This document shows positions 9,330 to 19,193 of a stretch of DNA of 64,000 nucleotides, piece after piece. Position 1 is the stretch's first letter. Each line of letters begins with the position of its first letter. Origin of the DNA: Nitrospinaceae bacterium (lineage in GTDB: Bacteria > Nitrospinota > Nitrospinia > Nitrospinales > VA-1); NCBI GenBank assembly GCA_046754465.1, contig JBHHVU010000004.1, positions 32,001 to 96,000 on the forward strand, in the 5' to 3' direction. The translations under genes and the position numbers were made by a program. The notes beneath the pieces were generated by a model. The model searched no databases, was not told the origin of the DNA, and saw nothing but the letters and a program-made list of their open reading frames with translations.

Positions 9330-10237
9330 GCTTTGCTCAGGCTTTGCCGTCTCAACAAATAATAGCTCAGCGCCTGGTCAAGGGGGATGGTGGTTTCCAG
9401 GAAAATGTAATCCACTCCCAGTCCCAGACATGTTTTTCTGTACTCCTCGATCTGACCGCGAACTAGTTTTTGATACTCTTCCCGGATTTCCTGGGGGTCG
9501 AGGCCCAGGACAGGGTCGTCTTCCAGCGATTCGAAGAGGATATCGCCTTCAAAGGGCAGCGATACCTCATCCGGATGAAGAATGTGAAAGAGGATGACCT
9601 CCAGGCCCCGGGAACGGAGAAGCTTGAGATCTTTCGCAACGTTGTCGTTCCTGGCCAGCAGATCGGAAATCAGAATGAGCATGCCGTGGCTGGGCAGCCG
9701 TTCCACGATTTTGTCTATCACCCGGTCGATTCGCGTGACGCCCCCCGGTTCCATGGCTTCCAGGCCATGCAGGATATGCTGAAAATGGGAGGCCTTGGAA
9801 CGGGGAGGGATGTGTTGGATGATCCGGTCGTTGAACAGGGTCAAGCCCACGGCATCAAACTGTTTCAGAAAAATACAGGTCAGGCACGCGGCCAGGTTCT
9901 TGGCATACTCCATTTTGGTCATTCCCGTTTGATCGGGAGAAACGTAGCCCATGGAGCCGCTGGCATCGAGAAGGATCGTGCATTTGAGATTGGTGGATTG
10001 TTCAAATTGCTTGACGTGATACTTGTCCGTCTTGCCCACCACTTTCCAGTCGATGTGGCGGATCTCGTCTCCGGGCGTATAGTCCTTATACTCCGCGAAT
10101 TCCACGCTGGACCCTTTGTGGCGGCTCCGATGGTTTCCCGACAAGAGACCCTCCACGAGGTTCAGCGCCCGAATCTTCAGGGTGGAAACCCGGGAGAGGA
10201 TGTCCGGATCGTATGTTGGAGTTTCTTTTTTTTCCAT
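9326..10237 (-). CDS. DUF58 family protein (VWA-like, MoxR-associated)
   Basis: GNHRSRHKGSSVEFAEYKDYTPGDEIRHIDWK, LLDASGSM and LISDL motifs. Confidence 0.93.
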   Translation of the reverse strand: MEKKETPTYDPDILSRVSTLKIRALNLVEGLLSGNHRSRHKGSSVEFAEYKDYTPGDEIRHIDWKVVGKTDKYHVKQFEQSTNLKCTILLDASGSMGYVSPDQTGMTKMEYAKNLAACLTCIFLKQFDAVGLTLFNDRIIQHIPPRSKASHFQHILHGLEAMEPGGVTRIDRVIDKIVERLPSHGMLILISDLLARNDNVAKDLKLLRSRGLEVILFHILHPDEVSLPFEGDILFESLEDDPVLGLDPQEIREEYQKLVRGQIEEYRKTCLGLGVDYIFLETTIPLDQALSYYLLRRQSLSKA

Positions 10238-10358
10238 GGTTACGGGTGCCGGTATGAGCGGCAGGAGTTCCTTCTATTAATATTAGGGTTCCCCCCGTAC
10301 TTTGGCAAATTAAAAAAAACACGCCGGCCCCCGAGGGCCCCCTCGATGCGGTTGCCGG

Positions 10359-10386
10359 TTGACATTGGGGAAAAGGTTTATACAAT
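10359..10386 (+). promoter_or_regulatory. Near-consensus sigma70 promoter for the M1 aminopeptidase-LRR genes
   Basis: TTGACA (10359-10364), 16 bp, TACAAT (10381-10386), about 55 bp upstream of ATG 10443. Confidence 0.6.
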
Positions 10387-10442
10387 AGGATCAACCCTTT
10401 AAACCCATCCGCGAATTCCATCTATCCATCGATAGCTTTATT

Positions 10443-13058
10443 ATGGGCGCGATCCGTTACTGTAAGTGTCATTTCCAGGATGGCGAATCGGAACACTGGG
10501 GCGTTTTGGACCGTAAATCCTTTGCCCAATCCGGCTCGAAACCTCACTTCTCCCCGGATACTCCGGTGTTGCCGGAGCACCTCCTGCTCGAGCTGTATTT
10601 CGATTGGGATGAGGAACGGGTCTGGGGGTCCACCACCTGCCAGCTTCTGGTCAAGGGAGCCGGGGCGCGGGACATTTGTTTCGATGCGGTGAATCTGGAT
10701 GTGTCCGAGGTACGGGTGGGAAGCAAGACCCGGGAATTTGAAAATACCGGAGACCGGGTCGAGATCCCGCTGGAGAAACCGTTAAAACCCGGCAGCCGCG
10801 TCAAGGTCAAACTGTGGCATTCCGTGACCCGGCCCGCGGCGGGGATCTATTTCACCAAACCCGATGCCCACTACCCGGAGCGGTTTCGGACCGTTTGGAC
10901 GCAAGGTCAGGATGAGGATTCCCGGTATTATTTCCCCTGTTTCGACAAGCCCAATTTCAAACAGACCACCGAGGTCCTTCTCCATCTGCCGCCCGGAATG
11001 TTCGGGTTGTCCAACGGCCGGCTGCTTCGGAATCGCACCACGGCGCGGGAAGCCCTGTTCCATTACAAAATGGAGATTCCCTATTCCACCTATCTCCTTT
11101 CAATTGTCGCGGGCGAATTTTCCGAATACGTGATACGGTCCAATGGCGTGGCGGTCAAGTGGTATGTCCAGAAAGGCCGCGAAAAGGAGGGCCAAAACGC
11201 GTTCCAGGACACCGCCAGGATCCTGCGGTTTTTTTCCGAGTACACGGGCTATCCTTATCCTTACGAGCATTATACCCAGATCGCCGTGCCGGAATTCGTG
11301 TTTGGCGGCATGGAAAACTTCACCGTGACCACCCAGACCGACCTGACCCTGCATGACGACCGCGCCGCGTTGGACATGGACTCGAACGGTTTGGTGGCGC
11401 ACGAGGCGGCCCACACCTGGTTCGGGGATCTGATCACCGCGAAACACTGGTCCCATGCCTGGCTGCATGAGTCGTTCGCCACCTACTTCGATGCCCTTTA
11501 CACCCGCGAGTCGAAGGGGGAGGAGGAGTTCCGGTATCAACTTCTGCAGGACGCGGAGACCTATTTTAGTGAAGACGCCAAGTACCGCCGCCCGATCGTG
11601 ACGCATATTTATAAGGAACCCATCGACCTGTTTGACGCCCATCTTTACCCGGGAGGGGCCGTACGCCTGCATTACCTGAAATCCCTCGCTGGGGAAAAAT
11701 TTTTCCGGGACGCTCTGAAAATTTTCCTGAAACGTTACGAGTTCGGGGTCGTGGAGACGGTCGATTTTGTCCGCTGCCTGGAGGAAGTCACCGCCCGCAA
11801 TTTCGATGAATGGCTGGACCAGTGGATATACCGCGGCGGGTATCCTTCCCTGGAGGTGAGCTACCAGTGGGACGGCAAATTCCGGATGGCAGTGGTTACG
11901 GTCAAGCAAACGCAGAAAGCGGATAAAAAGGACGAGAAACTTTTGTTCAAACTGCCCCTCGAAATCGAGTTTTGTTTTTCCCGCGGGGCCGAACGGTTTC
12001 CCATCGAGATCAAAAACGCCGAAGAGAAGTTTTGTTTTAAACTGCGGGCCAAGCCGCTCTATTTCCGTCTAGATCCCGATTACGCCTGTCCCTGCAAAAA
12101 AGTGAAGCTGGAGGTTTCACGGCCACTGCTGCATGCGCAGTTGAGGAGAGATACCGATCCTGTCGGCCGAATCGAGGCGGCGGCGGCGATGGTGAGCAAG
12201 GCGTCCATGAACGACATCAAGATTTTGGGCGAATGTCTCAGGAAAGAAAAGTTCTGGGGGGTGGCCAACCGGATAGCGCGGGCCCTGGGAAAGATCGGGG
12301 GTGATAAGGCGCGGGAAGCACTGCTCAAGGGATTAAAAAGTGCCCACCCCAAAAATCGTTTGGGGGTGGTGCGGGCGCTCGGGGAATTCGTTGACGATGA
12401 AAAAGCCGCCCGATCCCTCCGAAAGGTGGCGGCCGGGGATGCTTCCTACCGGGTCGAGGCGGCCGCCCTGGAAGCTTTGGGTCGAATCAAGCACCGGGAA
12501 TCGCGGGTCTTTTTGGAAGACTCGCTGGACAAGCCCTCGCACAATGAGATGGCCCAATCAGCGGTCTATAACGCCCTGGGTCATCTGGAAGAGGAAGCGT
12601 CCTGGGAAACCCTGGTGCGCGGCGCCGATTACGGCGCTCCCAAAAACAGCCGGGGGGCCGCCATGCGCGCCCTGGCCCGGCTGGCCAAATTGTACGAGCA
12701 TCGAAAAGGGGAAGCCATCGATCACTTCAGGCGGTTCGCGATGGAGACCCGGGGTACCCCGGCGGCGGTTTTCCGGGGAAAACTGGGAGCCATCCAGGCC
12801 ATGAAACAACTTGATGACCTTGCCGCCGTCCCCGTCCTGCGGCAGCTCGCCGGTAACGAAACCGACGGCCGGCTTCAGCGCCGGGCGGAGGAAACCATAG
12901 CTGCTTTGTTCGATTCCGCCAGGAAACCAAAGGAAATCCGCGTGATCCGGTCGGAACTGGATGAGGTGAGCCGGGAAAATAAATCCCTTCGCGACCGGTT
13001 GGACCTCGTCGAAAAAAAACAGGAGACCCAAACCAAAACCAGAAACAAAAAAGGATGA
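10443..13058 (+). CDS. M1 family zinc aminopeptidase with C-terminal HEAT repeats and coiled coil
   Basis: GGMEN, HEAAH-x18-E (WLHESFATY) and catalytic Tyr region HLYPGG; HEAT-like ARALGKIG, VRALGEF and LEALGRI repeats. Confidence 0.92.
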   Translation: MGAIRYCKCHFQDGESEHWGVLDRKSFAQSGSKPHFSPDTPVLPEHLLLELYFDWDEERVWGSTTCQLLVKGAGARDICFDAVNLDVSEVRVGSKTREFENTGDRVEIPLEKPLKPGSRVKVKLWHSVTRPAAGIYFTKPDAHYPERFRTVWTQGQDEDSRYYFPCFDKPNFKQTTEVLLHLPPGMFGLSNGRLLRNRTTAREALFHYKMEIPYSTYLLSIVAGEFSEYVIRSNGVAVKWYVQKGREKEGQNAFQDTARILRFFSEYTGYPYPYEHYTQIAVPEFVFGGMENFTVTTQTDLTLHDDRAALDMDSNGLVAHEAAHTWFGDLITAKHWSHAWLHESFATYFDALYTRESKGEEEFRYQLLQDAETYFSEDAKYRRPIVTHIYKEPIDLFDAHLYPGGAVRLHYLKSLAGEKFFRDALKIFLKRYEFGVVETVDFVRCLEEVTARNFDEWLDQWIYRGGYPSLEVSYQWDGKFRMAVVTVKQTQKADKKDEKLLFKLPLEIEFCFSRGAERFPIEIKNAEEKFCFKLRAKPLYFRLDPDYACPCKKVKLEVSRPLLHAQLRRDTDPVGRIEAAAAMVSKASMNDIKILGECLRKEKFWGVANRIARALGKIGGDKAREALLKGLKSAHPKNRLGVVRALGEFVDDEKAARSLRKVAAGDASYRVEAAALEALGRIKHRESRVFLEDSLDKPSHNEMAQSAVYNALGHLEEEASWETLVRGADYGAPKNSRGAAMRALARLAKLYEHRKGEAIDHFRRFAMETRGTPAAVFRGKLGAIQAMKQLDDLAAVPVLRQLAGNETDGRLQRRAEETIAALFDSARKPKEIRVIRSELDEVSRENKSLRDRLDLVEKKQETQTKTRNKKG

Positions 13059-13062
13059 GGTC

Positions 13063-13635
13063 ATGAATAAACCTTTTAACGACGAACCGGTAGAATCCCT
13101 GGTGGAAAAATTCCTGGCGCAGGGAGGAACCGTCCTGGATTTGCGCCTCAAATACCTTGGAGACCCCGGGGTGGCCTATTTGGCCCAAAGGCAGGAACTG
13201 GTCCGGCTGACGGAACTCAACCTGGAAAGGAACGATATCACCGATCAGGGAGTTCAGGCCCTGTCACAATCGCGGATCATCACCGGACTCAAGGTCCTGC
13301 ACCTGGAGCGCAATGCCATCGGGGACGAAGGGGCAAAAAGCATCGCCCAATCCCCGGCGCTCTCCCACCTCACCACTCTGCATTTGTGGAAAAACCGGAT
13401 CGGACCGGAAGGAGCCCAGGCGCTGGCCGAATCGATTCACCTGGTGAATCTGGAGACCCTCGACCTCGCACACAACAAGATCGGCGATGAGGGAGCCCGC
13501 GCGCTGGCCCAGAGCCAGACCCTGACCGGACTGAAATTTCTGGAATTGTTCGGAAACGATTTGACCGGGGAAGGGATCCACGCCTTGAAGGAATCCCAGG
13601 CCTTTCCCAATCTCCAGACCATGATCCTGGAATAG
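13063..13635 (+). CDS. Leucine-rich repeat protein (RI-like, 28-aa period)
   Basis: Repeats LxxLxLxxNxIxDxGAxALAxS at 28-aa spacing; GAGG before ATG, 4 nt after the aminopeptidase stop. Confidence 0.88.
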   Translation: MNKPFNDEPVESLVEKFLAQGGTVLDLRLKYLGDPGVAYLAQRQELVRLTELNLERNDITDQGVQALSQSRIITGLKVLHLERNAIGDEGAKSIAQSPALSHLTTLHLWKNRIGPEGAQALAESIHLVNLETLDLAHNKIGDEGARALAQSQTLTGLKFLELFGNDLTGEGIHALKESQAFPNLQTMILE

Positions 13636-13707
13636 GGGAAAACCGGGAATCGCCTTTCTCCCGGAAAGGAATGCCACACGGAACCCACTCCCGGGAAAAC
13701 GGGAAAA

Positions 13708-14115
13708 TCAAATCCGAAACTTTTTCAGGATGGTTTTAATTTCTTCGACTGGCACCATGGGGCCCCGGTCCACCCCCGGACAGAACCCGCCCAACAGCCT
13801 CCAGATATTTTTGGAATCCAGGTTTTCTTTCCAGAAAGGGTAAGAGCGGCATTGTTTGGGTTTGGAGGGGTGGATGCTGCATCCCTCGCAGGTCAAAAAC
13901 GTGCAGGGCGCGTCGTTTTCCACCTCGATCACCCAGTCACCATCATCCCGTTTGAGGTAGGTGGATTTAAATTCACTGGGAGTGCAATTCAGATATTTGG
14001 AGATTTCGCGGATATCCTCGCGGTCGAAATAGACAAACCCCGGTTTACAACAGCATTTAAAGCAGTCGGGTTGACATTCGAACCGCAGAGGCTCTTTTTC
14101 CCACCATTTGGCCAT
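13708..14115 (-). CDS. YkgJ family cysteine-cluster protein
   Basis: FECQPDCFKCC, PCTFL...CSIHPSKPKQCRSYPFW and CPG motifs. Confidence 0.9.
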   Translation of the reverse strand: MAKWWEKEPLRFECQPDCFKCCCKPGFVYFDREDIREISKYLNCTPSEFKSTYLKRDDGDWVIEVENDAPCTFLTCEGCSIHPSKPKQCRSYPFWKENLDSKNIWRLLGGFCPGVDRGPMVPVEEIKTILKKFRI

Positions 14116-14117
14116 GA

Positions 14118-15299
14118 CTAATAAAATACCACCATATCGTCGCGGTGGATGACTTCCTCATAATAATTACTGCCAAAGAGTTTTTTCACTTCGGACGTTT
14201 TCATGCCCATTATTTTTTCCAGGTCGGAGGAACTGTAATTGACCAGACCGCGGGCGATTTCACCGGATTTTTCATCGACGACGCTGACAGAATTTCCAAA
14301 ATCGAATTTTCCCTCCACCCGAATCACGCCGGCGGAAAGCAGACTTTTCCTCCCTTCGACAAGAGCTTTTTGGGCGCCGCGGTCGACGGTGATGGTTCCC
14401 ATAGGTTTCAGGGTATGAGCGATCCAGTGTTTTCGGTTGCGGATGCGTTCCTTCCCCGACCAGAATAGGGTGCCCACCCTTTCCCCGGAGAATATTTTAT
14501 CCATCACCCCTTCATCGAGTCCGTTGACGATCAGGGTCGGGATGCCGAAACTCATGGTCTTTTTGGCGGCGAGGACCTTGGTATACATTCCTCCCACTGT
14601 GAACAGGGTTTTGCTCTTCCCGGCCTGTTTTTCGACTTCCGGGGTCACGCGGCGGACCAGGGGGATGAGTTGGGGCGGATCGGACTTTCCCCGGGCCGCC
14701 CGGCTGGGGTCCCGGGAGTACAATCCCTCTACATCGGACAGGATGATCAGCAATTGGGCGTCCACCAAGCAGGCGACGGTGGCCGAGAGGGTGTCGTTGT
14801 CCCCGATCTTTATTTCATCCACGGTGACGGAATCGTTTTCGTTGATGATGGGAATGACCCGGTGTTTCAGAAGCGTTTCGATGGTGTGTTTGGCGTTCAA
14901 ATAGCGTTGGCGGTTGACCAGGTCGCCGCTGCTCAACAGGATTTGGGCCACCTGGAGTCCTTGCCTCTCGAACTTTTTTTCGTATGCGCGCATGAGGTTG
15001 CTTTGGCCGATGGCGGCGCAAGCCTGTTTTTCGGGAATCGACAACGTGTTCCGGGTGATGCCGAGCCGTTCGCGCCCGGCCATGATGGCGCCGGAAGAGA
15101 CGAGAACAACTTCACAGCCGTTGGCGACGACTTTCTTGATCTTGGCGGAGTAATGCCGCACCCGGTCCATGCACAGGCCGGGACCTTGGGAGACGGCCTT
15201 GCGTTCGCGGCGGGAGATCACGCTGCTGCCGATTTTGATCACAACCCGCTTAAGGTTTTTGAGGATATTTTTGTGAATTTCGTTTTCGATCATTTTCAT
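14118..15299 (-). CDS. proB: Glutamate 5-kinase with PUA domain
   Basis: VVIKIGSS, VSSGAI, KQACAAIGQ, IPIINENDSV, GDNDTLSA, GGMYTK; C-terminal PUA domain (VIHRDDMV). Confidence 0.96.
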   Translation of the reverse strand: MKMIENEIHKNILKNLKRVVIKIGSSVISRRERKAVSQGPGLCMDRVRHYSAKIKKVVANGCEVVLVSSGAIMAGRERLGITRNTLSIPEKQACAAIGQSNLMRAYEKKFERQGLQVAQILLSSGDLVNRQRYLNAKHTIETLLKHRVIPIINENDSVTVDEIKIGDNDTLSATVACLVDAQLLIILSDVEGLYSRDPSRAARGKSDPPQLIPLVRRVTPEVEKQAGKSKTLFTVGGMYTKVLAAKKTMSFGIPTLIVNGLDEGVMDKIFSGERVGTLFWSGKERIRNRKHWIAHTLKPMGTITVDRGAQKALVEGRKSLLSAGVIRVEGKFDFGNSVSVVDEKSGEIARGLVNYSSSDLEKIMGMKTSEVKKLFGSNYYEEVIHRDDMVVFY

Positions 15300-15362
15300 C
15301 CCTGAAAGGACGGGAAAGTCACCAGGAATTCCCCTTCCGGGAACCCCGTTCCGGAAGGCACC

Positions 15363-16214
15363 TTATTGCTTTTTGGCGGAATTTTCAAGGGTGGCGGTGA
15401 TGAAACGGTCCCACGCCTGGTAATAGGCCGGGCCACCGGCGATGTAGGTGTCGTTATGGCTGGCGCCCTCGATCGCGTAAAATTCCTTGGGGGAGGCGGC
15501 GGCTTCGTACAGTTTTTTCCCCAACCGGAAGGGCACGATTTCATCCCGCGTCCCGTGAAGGAACAGCTTGGGAAGCGTCACCTCCGGGATTCGGCTCAAT
15601 GCGTCGAATTTGGACTTAATGGCCCAACCCAGGGGAAACAGGGGGAACAGATTCCTCGCCATGTCCTCCGTCGAAGTAAAAACCGATTCAAGGATCAGTC
15701 CCGCGGCGGGATTGTTGGACGCCACTTCCACCGCGCACACGCCGCCCAGCGACCGGCCGAAAAGGAACAACCGCTCCGGCGCGGCGGATTTTTCCCGGAC
15801 CACCACGTCATACGCGGCCTGGGAATCGAGGTAGAGCCCCGGTTCGTCCGGGTCTCCTTCGCTTTTTCCGTACCCCCGGTAATCGAAAATAAACACGTTC
15901 AGCTTCAAGGGCATCAACCGGTGGATATTGTCCAACCGGTGGGTCAGGTTGCCAGCGTTGCCGTGAAACCAGAGCAATACGGCCCGGGCTCCGGGAGACG
16001 GAACCCACCATCCGTGGAGTCGGACCCCGTCTTCGGCCTGGAAAAAAACATCTTCCACCTGTATCCCGAAGGACCCCGGTTTCCAGGTACCCTCGGGATA
16101 TTTCAGGGGATGATAAATGATCTTTTTTTCGCATCCTACCAAAACCGCTGCGTAGAGGAATAAAACGAGCAGGATCAGTCCCACCGTTTGTAAAATGGAC
16201 ATGCTCTTTTTCAT
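15363..16214 (-). CDS. Membrane-anchored alpha/beta hydrolase (ABHD13/17, YfhR-like)
   Basis: FHGNAGN, DYRGYGKS, nucleophile GRSLG, HGTRDEIVP, GASHND; hydrophobic N-terminus ending in a lipobox-like VLVGC. Confidence 0.88.
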   Translation of the reverse strand: MKKSMSILQTVGLILLVLFLYAAVLVGCEKKIIYHPLKYPEGTWKPGSFGIQVEDVFFQAEDGVRLHGWWVPSPGARAVLLWFHGNAGNLTHRLDNIHRLMPLKLNVFIFDYRGYGKSEGDPDEPGLYLDSQAAYDVVVREKSAAPERLFLFGRSLGGVCAVEVASNNPAAGLILESVFTSTEDMARNLFPLFPLGWAIKSKFDALSRIPEVTLPKLFLHGTRDEIVPFRLGKKLYEAAASPKEFYAIEGASHNDTYIAGGPAYYQAWDRFITATLENSAKKQ

Positions 16215-16309
16215 TCGCTGCTCGGGGAGGGAGAGATTCCCCTAACTCCTTCCCGGCGTCGCTTTTTTTCTCCGGCCCAAAATTAAAATAAAGGGCCGGA
16301 AAGGGTTTT

Positions 16310-17653
16310 TTACATTTTTTCCGTACGGCCGTCAGGAATTTCAAGGGGATCCGGTAGCTTTGGCCTGGAAACCTTCAGCTTTAAGCCCACCACCGCTTCT
16401 ACCACAACGCTTTCACCCGCCGCGATGGGGTCGTCGGCTTCGGCATTCCAGATTTCCCCGTGAACCATAACTGTTCCCGCCGGGTTCAGTTCGGTTTTGA
16501 CCACTGCTTTTTCGCCGATCAACCCTTCCCAGCCAGAAAGGGAGCGGCGGCGTTGGGCCTGGGCCGCGAGGTAAACGATTCCGATACTCAGCGCAATGGA
16601 AAAGCCCAAGGTGGGGATGAGCACGGTCTTGGAAATCTGCATGGCGGGGTCGTCGCTCTCTATGAGCATGAGGGAGCCCAACAACAGGGAAATCACTCCC
16701 CCCACCGATAGCAGGCCAAAACTCATGACATTGATCTCGGCGATGAATAGAATGATTCCCAGGATAATCAGCAGCAAGCCTGCATAATTGATCGGCAGGG
16801 TCTGCATGGCATACATGGCCAGGATGAGGCTGATTCCCCCGATCACCCCCGGCAGAATCAATCCGGGGTTGGACAATTCGAAATAGAGTCCGACCAGACC
16901 CAGCATCATCAGGACATAAGCGACATTAGGATTGGAAATGATATCCAGGATTTTTTGGCGTTTGCTCATTTCCCGAAAGACCATTTCCTTGTTCTTGGTG
17001 TGCAGGGTGACGGATTGGGAGCCTATTTTGATTTTGCGTCCGTCCAGGGCGAGGACGAGAGCTTCGAGATTGGCGGCGATGAGGTCGATGACGTTCAGTT
17101 TTTTGGCCTCTTCGGCGGAGATGGAGACGCTTTTTTTCACCGAGAGTTCCGCCCAGTAGGCGTTGCGTCCACGGTGCTCGGCGAGGGACCGGATGTAGGC
17201 GGCCGCGTCGTTGACGATCTTGTTCTCCATGGTCTTATCCTGATCGCCTCCACCCCCTCCGCCCATCAGGTTGACCGGGTGTGCGGCGCCGATATTCGTT
17301 CCCGGCGCCATGGCTGCGATGTGCGACGCGATCGTGATGAAGGTCCCCGCCGACGCGGCCCGGGAACCGCCTGGAGCCACGTAGGTGGCCACGGGGACAC
17401 GGGAATTTTGGATGCCCTTGATGATCTGGCGCATAGAAGTGTCCAGGCCTCCGGGCGTGTCCATCCGGATTATGATCAATTCGTCCCGGGAGAGGTTGGC
17501 GGCATGGATTTCATGGGTGACGAACTCGGCCACGACCGGGTTGATGGCCCCGGCGATCTCGACCACGACAATACGGCCCTCGCCCCATGCCTGAACTGGC
17601 AGGAAAAAAAATATCAGAATGATCCATCCGGGTATTGGTTTCATATTCTCCAC
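16310..17653 (-). CDS. nfeD: Long-form NfeD membrane-bound serine protease (ClpP class)
   Basis: MDTPGGL, RAASAG, PGTNIGAAHPV, ENKIVND, several TMs, C-terminal OB fold (GTVMVHGEIWNA). Start may be ATG 17644. Confidence 0.92.
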   Translation of the reverse strand: MENMKPIPGWIILIFFFLPVQAWGEGRIVVVEIAGAINPVVAEFVTHEIHAANLSRDELIIIRMDTPGGLDTSMRQIIKGIQNSRVPVATYVAPGGSRAASAGTFITIASHIAAMAPGTNIGAAHPVNLMGGGGGGDQDKTMENKIVNDAAAYIRSLAEHRGRNAYWAELSVKKSVSISAEEAKKLNVIDLIAANLEALVLALDGRKIKIGSQSVTLHTKNKEMVFREMSKRQKILDIISNPNVAYVLMMLGLVGLYFELSNPGLILPGVIGGISLILAMYAMQTLPINYAGLLLIILGIILFIAEINVMSFGLLSVGGVISLLLGSLMLIESDDPAMQISKTVLIPTLGFSIALSIGIVYLAAQAQRRRSLSGWEGLIGEKAVVKTELNPAGTVMVHGEIWNAEADDPIAAGESVVVEAVVGLKLKVSRPKLPDPLEIPDGRTEKM

Positions 17654-17821
17654 GGTGCCCGCTTTAAATAGGAGCGCACATCACATTGCCATTTTTTCAC
17701 AGTTTGAGGCAAAGTCCAACCAAAACCCGCACCCGCCGGGCCGGTCTTTTGGGGGTTCATCCGTACCGGGATTGGTGGTAGACTGAATCTTGGAATATCG
17801 CCATCCCAAAACAGGTCATCC

Positions 17822-18265
17822 ATGGAATACAAAACCATCTTCATCGTCGATCCCGTTCGAAGTGAAAGAATCCAACTTTCCAAATTCATCAAACAGGAAT
17901 TTTTCACCGTCATGAGTTTTGTGGCCGTTGCCGATTGTTTCAAACATTCCCAAACGATCCGTGGCGATCTGGTCATTTATGTGTTGCGGAAAAACAAAAC
18001 GGAAATCAAGCATCTGCTGAATATCAAAAAAAAATATAAGAAGCTGAATTTTATTCTTTTGAAGACTCCCGATTCTCCGGAGGCCAACCTCGCCGATATG
18101 CAGGATAAGGGGTTCCCATTGATATTTAAAGCGGGCAGCCTGGAAAAAGTGAGAGAGATCACTCTGAATCTTCTGGCTCCCGACGGCTTGCCCCCCCGCA
18201 CCGAAACGCCGCATCCGGTCCCCATAGGAATCGACCTGGGTCCCATTCCATCCCTGAAACCATGA
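17822..18265 (+). CDS. Degenerate receiver-like (pseudo-receiver) protein
   Basis: TIFIVDP...DLVIYVL...FILLKT resembles the REC beta/alpha pattern; AT-rich; ATGA overlap with kdsA. Confidence 0.65.
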   Translation: MEYKTIFIVDPVRSERIQLSKFIKQEFFTVMSFVAVADCFKHSQTIRGDLVIYVLRKNKTEIKHLLNIKKKYKKLNFILLKTPDSPEANLADMQDKGFPLIFKAGSLEKVREITLNLLAPDGLPPRTETPHPVPIGIDLGPIPSLKP

Positions 18266-19116
18266 ACCGGGATCCGTTGCCAACCCGAGAGGTCGCGGTA
18301 GGATCGGTCACCATCGGCGGTGCGCATCCGATGGCCCTCATTGCTGGTCCGTGTGTGATCGAGTCGGAATCTCTCGCCATGGATACGGCCGAAAAATTGA
18401 AGCGGATCACGGCCGACGCCGGGGTTCCCTTCATCTTCAAATCATCCTATGACAAGGCCAACCGGTCGTCCCTCGATTCGTTTCGCGGTCCGGGCCTGGA
18501 AAAAGGGTTGGCGATTTTGAAGAAAATCCGCGGCAAGATGAATGTCCCCGTGCTTTCGGATGTTCACAAGGAGGAGGAGATCGAAGCCGCCGCCGAGGTG
18601 CTGGATGTGTTGCAGATTCCCGCGTTTCTGTGCCGGCAGACGGACCTGCTGGTGGCCGCGGCGCAGTCAGGCAAACCCGTCAATATTAAAAAGGGACAGT
18701 TCATGGCTCCCTGGGACATGAAAAACGTAATCCTCAAGGTGGAAAAAAGCGGCAGCCGGGAAATCCTCCTGACCGAACGGGGGTACATGTTCGGATACAA
18801 TAATCTCGTGGTAGATATGCGTTCCCTGGCGCTGATGCGGGAAAACGGGTATCCGGTGGTGTTCGACGCCACCCACAGCCTCCAGTTGCCCGGCGGACTG
18901 GGAAACAAAAGCGGCGGCCAGCGGGAATTGATACCGCACCTCGCCCGCGGCGCGGTGGCCGTAGGTTGCGATGCCCTGTTCATGGAAATTCATCCCGACC
19001 CCGATCACGCTTTCTCCGACGGACCCAATATGCTCAAGCTCGAAGACCTTCCCGAACTCCTGGAACAGCTCAAAGCCATCGACCACCTGGTCCGCCCTGC
19101 CACGCAAAGAGGGTAA
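18262..19116 (+). CDS. kdsA: KDO-8-phosphate synthase
   Basis: [50 protein letters not shown]...SDG. Confidence 0.97.
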   Translation: MNRDPLPTREVAVGSVTIGGAHPMALIAGPCVIESESLAMDTAEKLKRITADAGVPFIFKSSYDKANRSSLDSFRGPGLEKGLAILKKIRGKMNVPVLSDVHKEEEIEAAAEVLDVLQIPAFLCRQTDLLVAAAQSGKPVNIKKGQFMAPWDMKNVILKVEKSGSREILLTERGYMFGYNNLVVDMRSLALMRENGYPVVFDATHSLQLPGGLGNKSGGQRELIPHLARGAVAVGCDALFMEIHPDPDHAFSDGPNMLKLEDLPELLEQLKAIDHLVRPATQRG

Positions 19117-19193
19117 TGGGCCGGGGCATCATCGCCACACGGCCTTGGTCCGCCATATAACGCAGGTCCATCTATTGCCGGAGGTACTTCACC

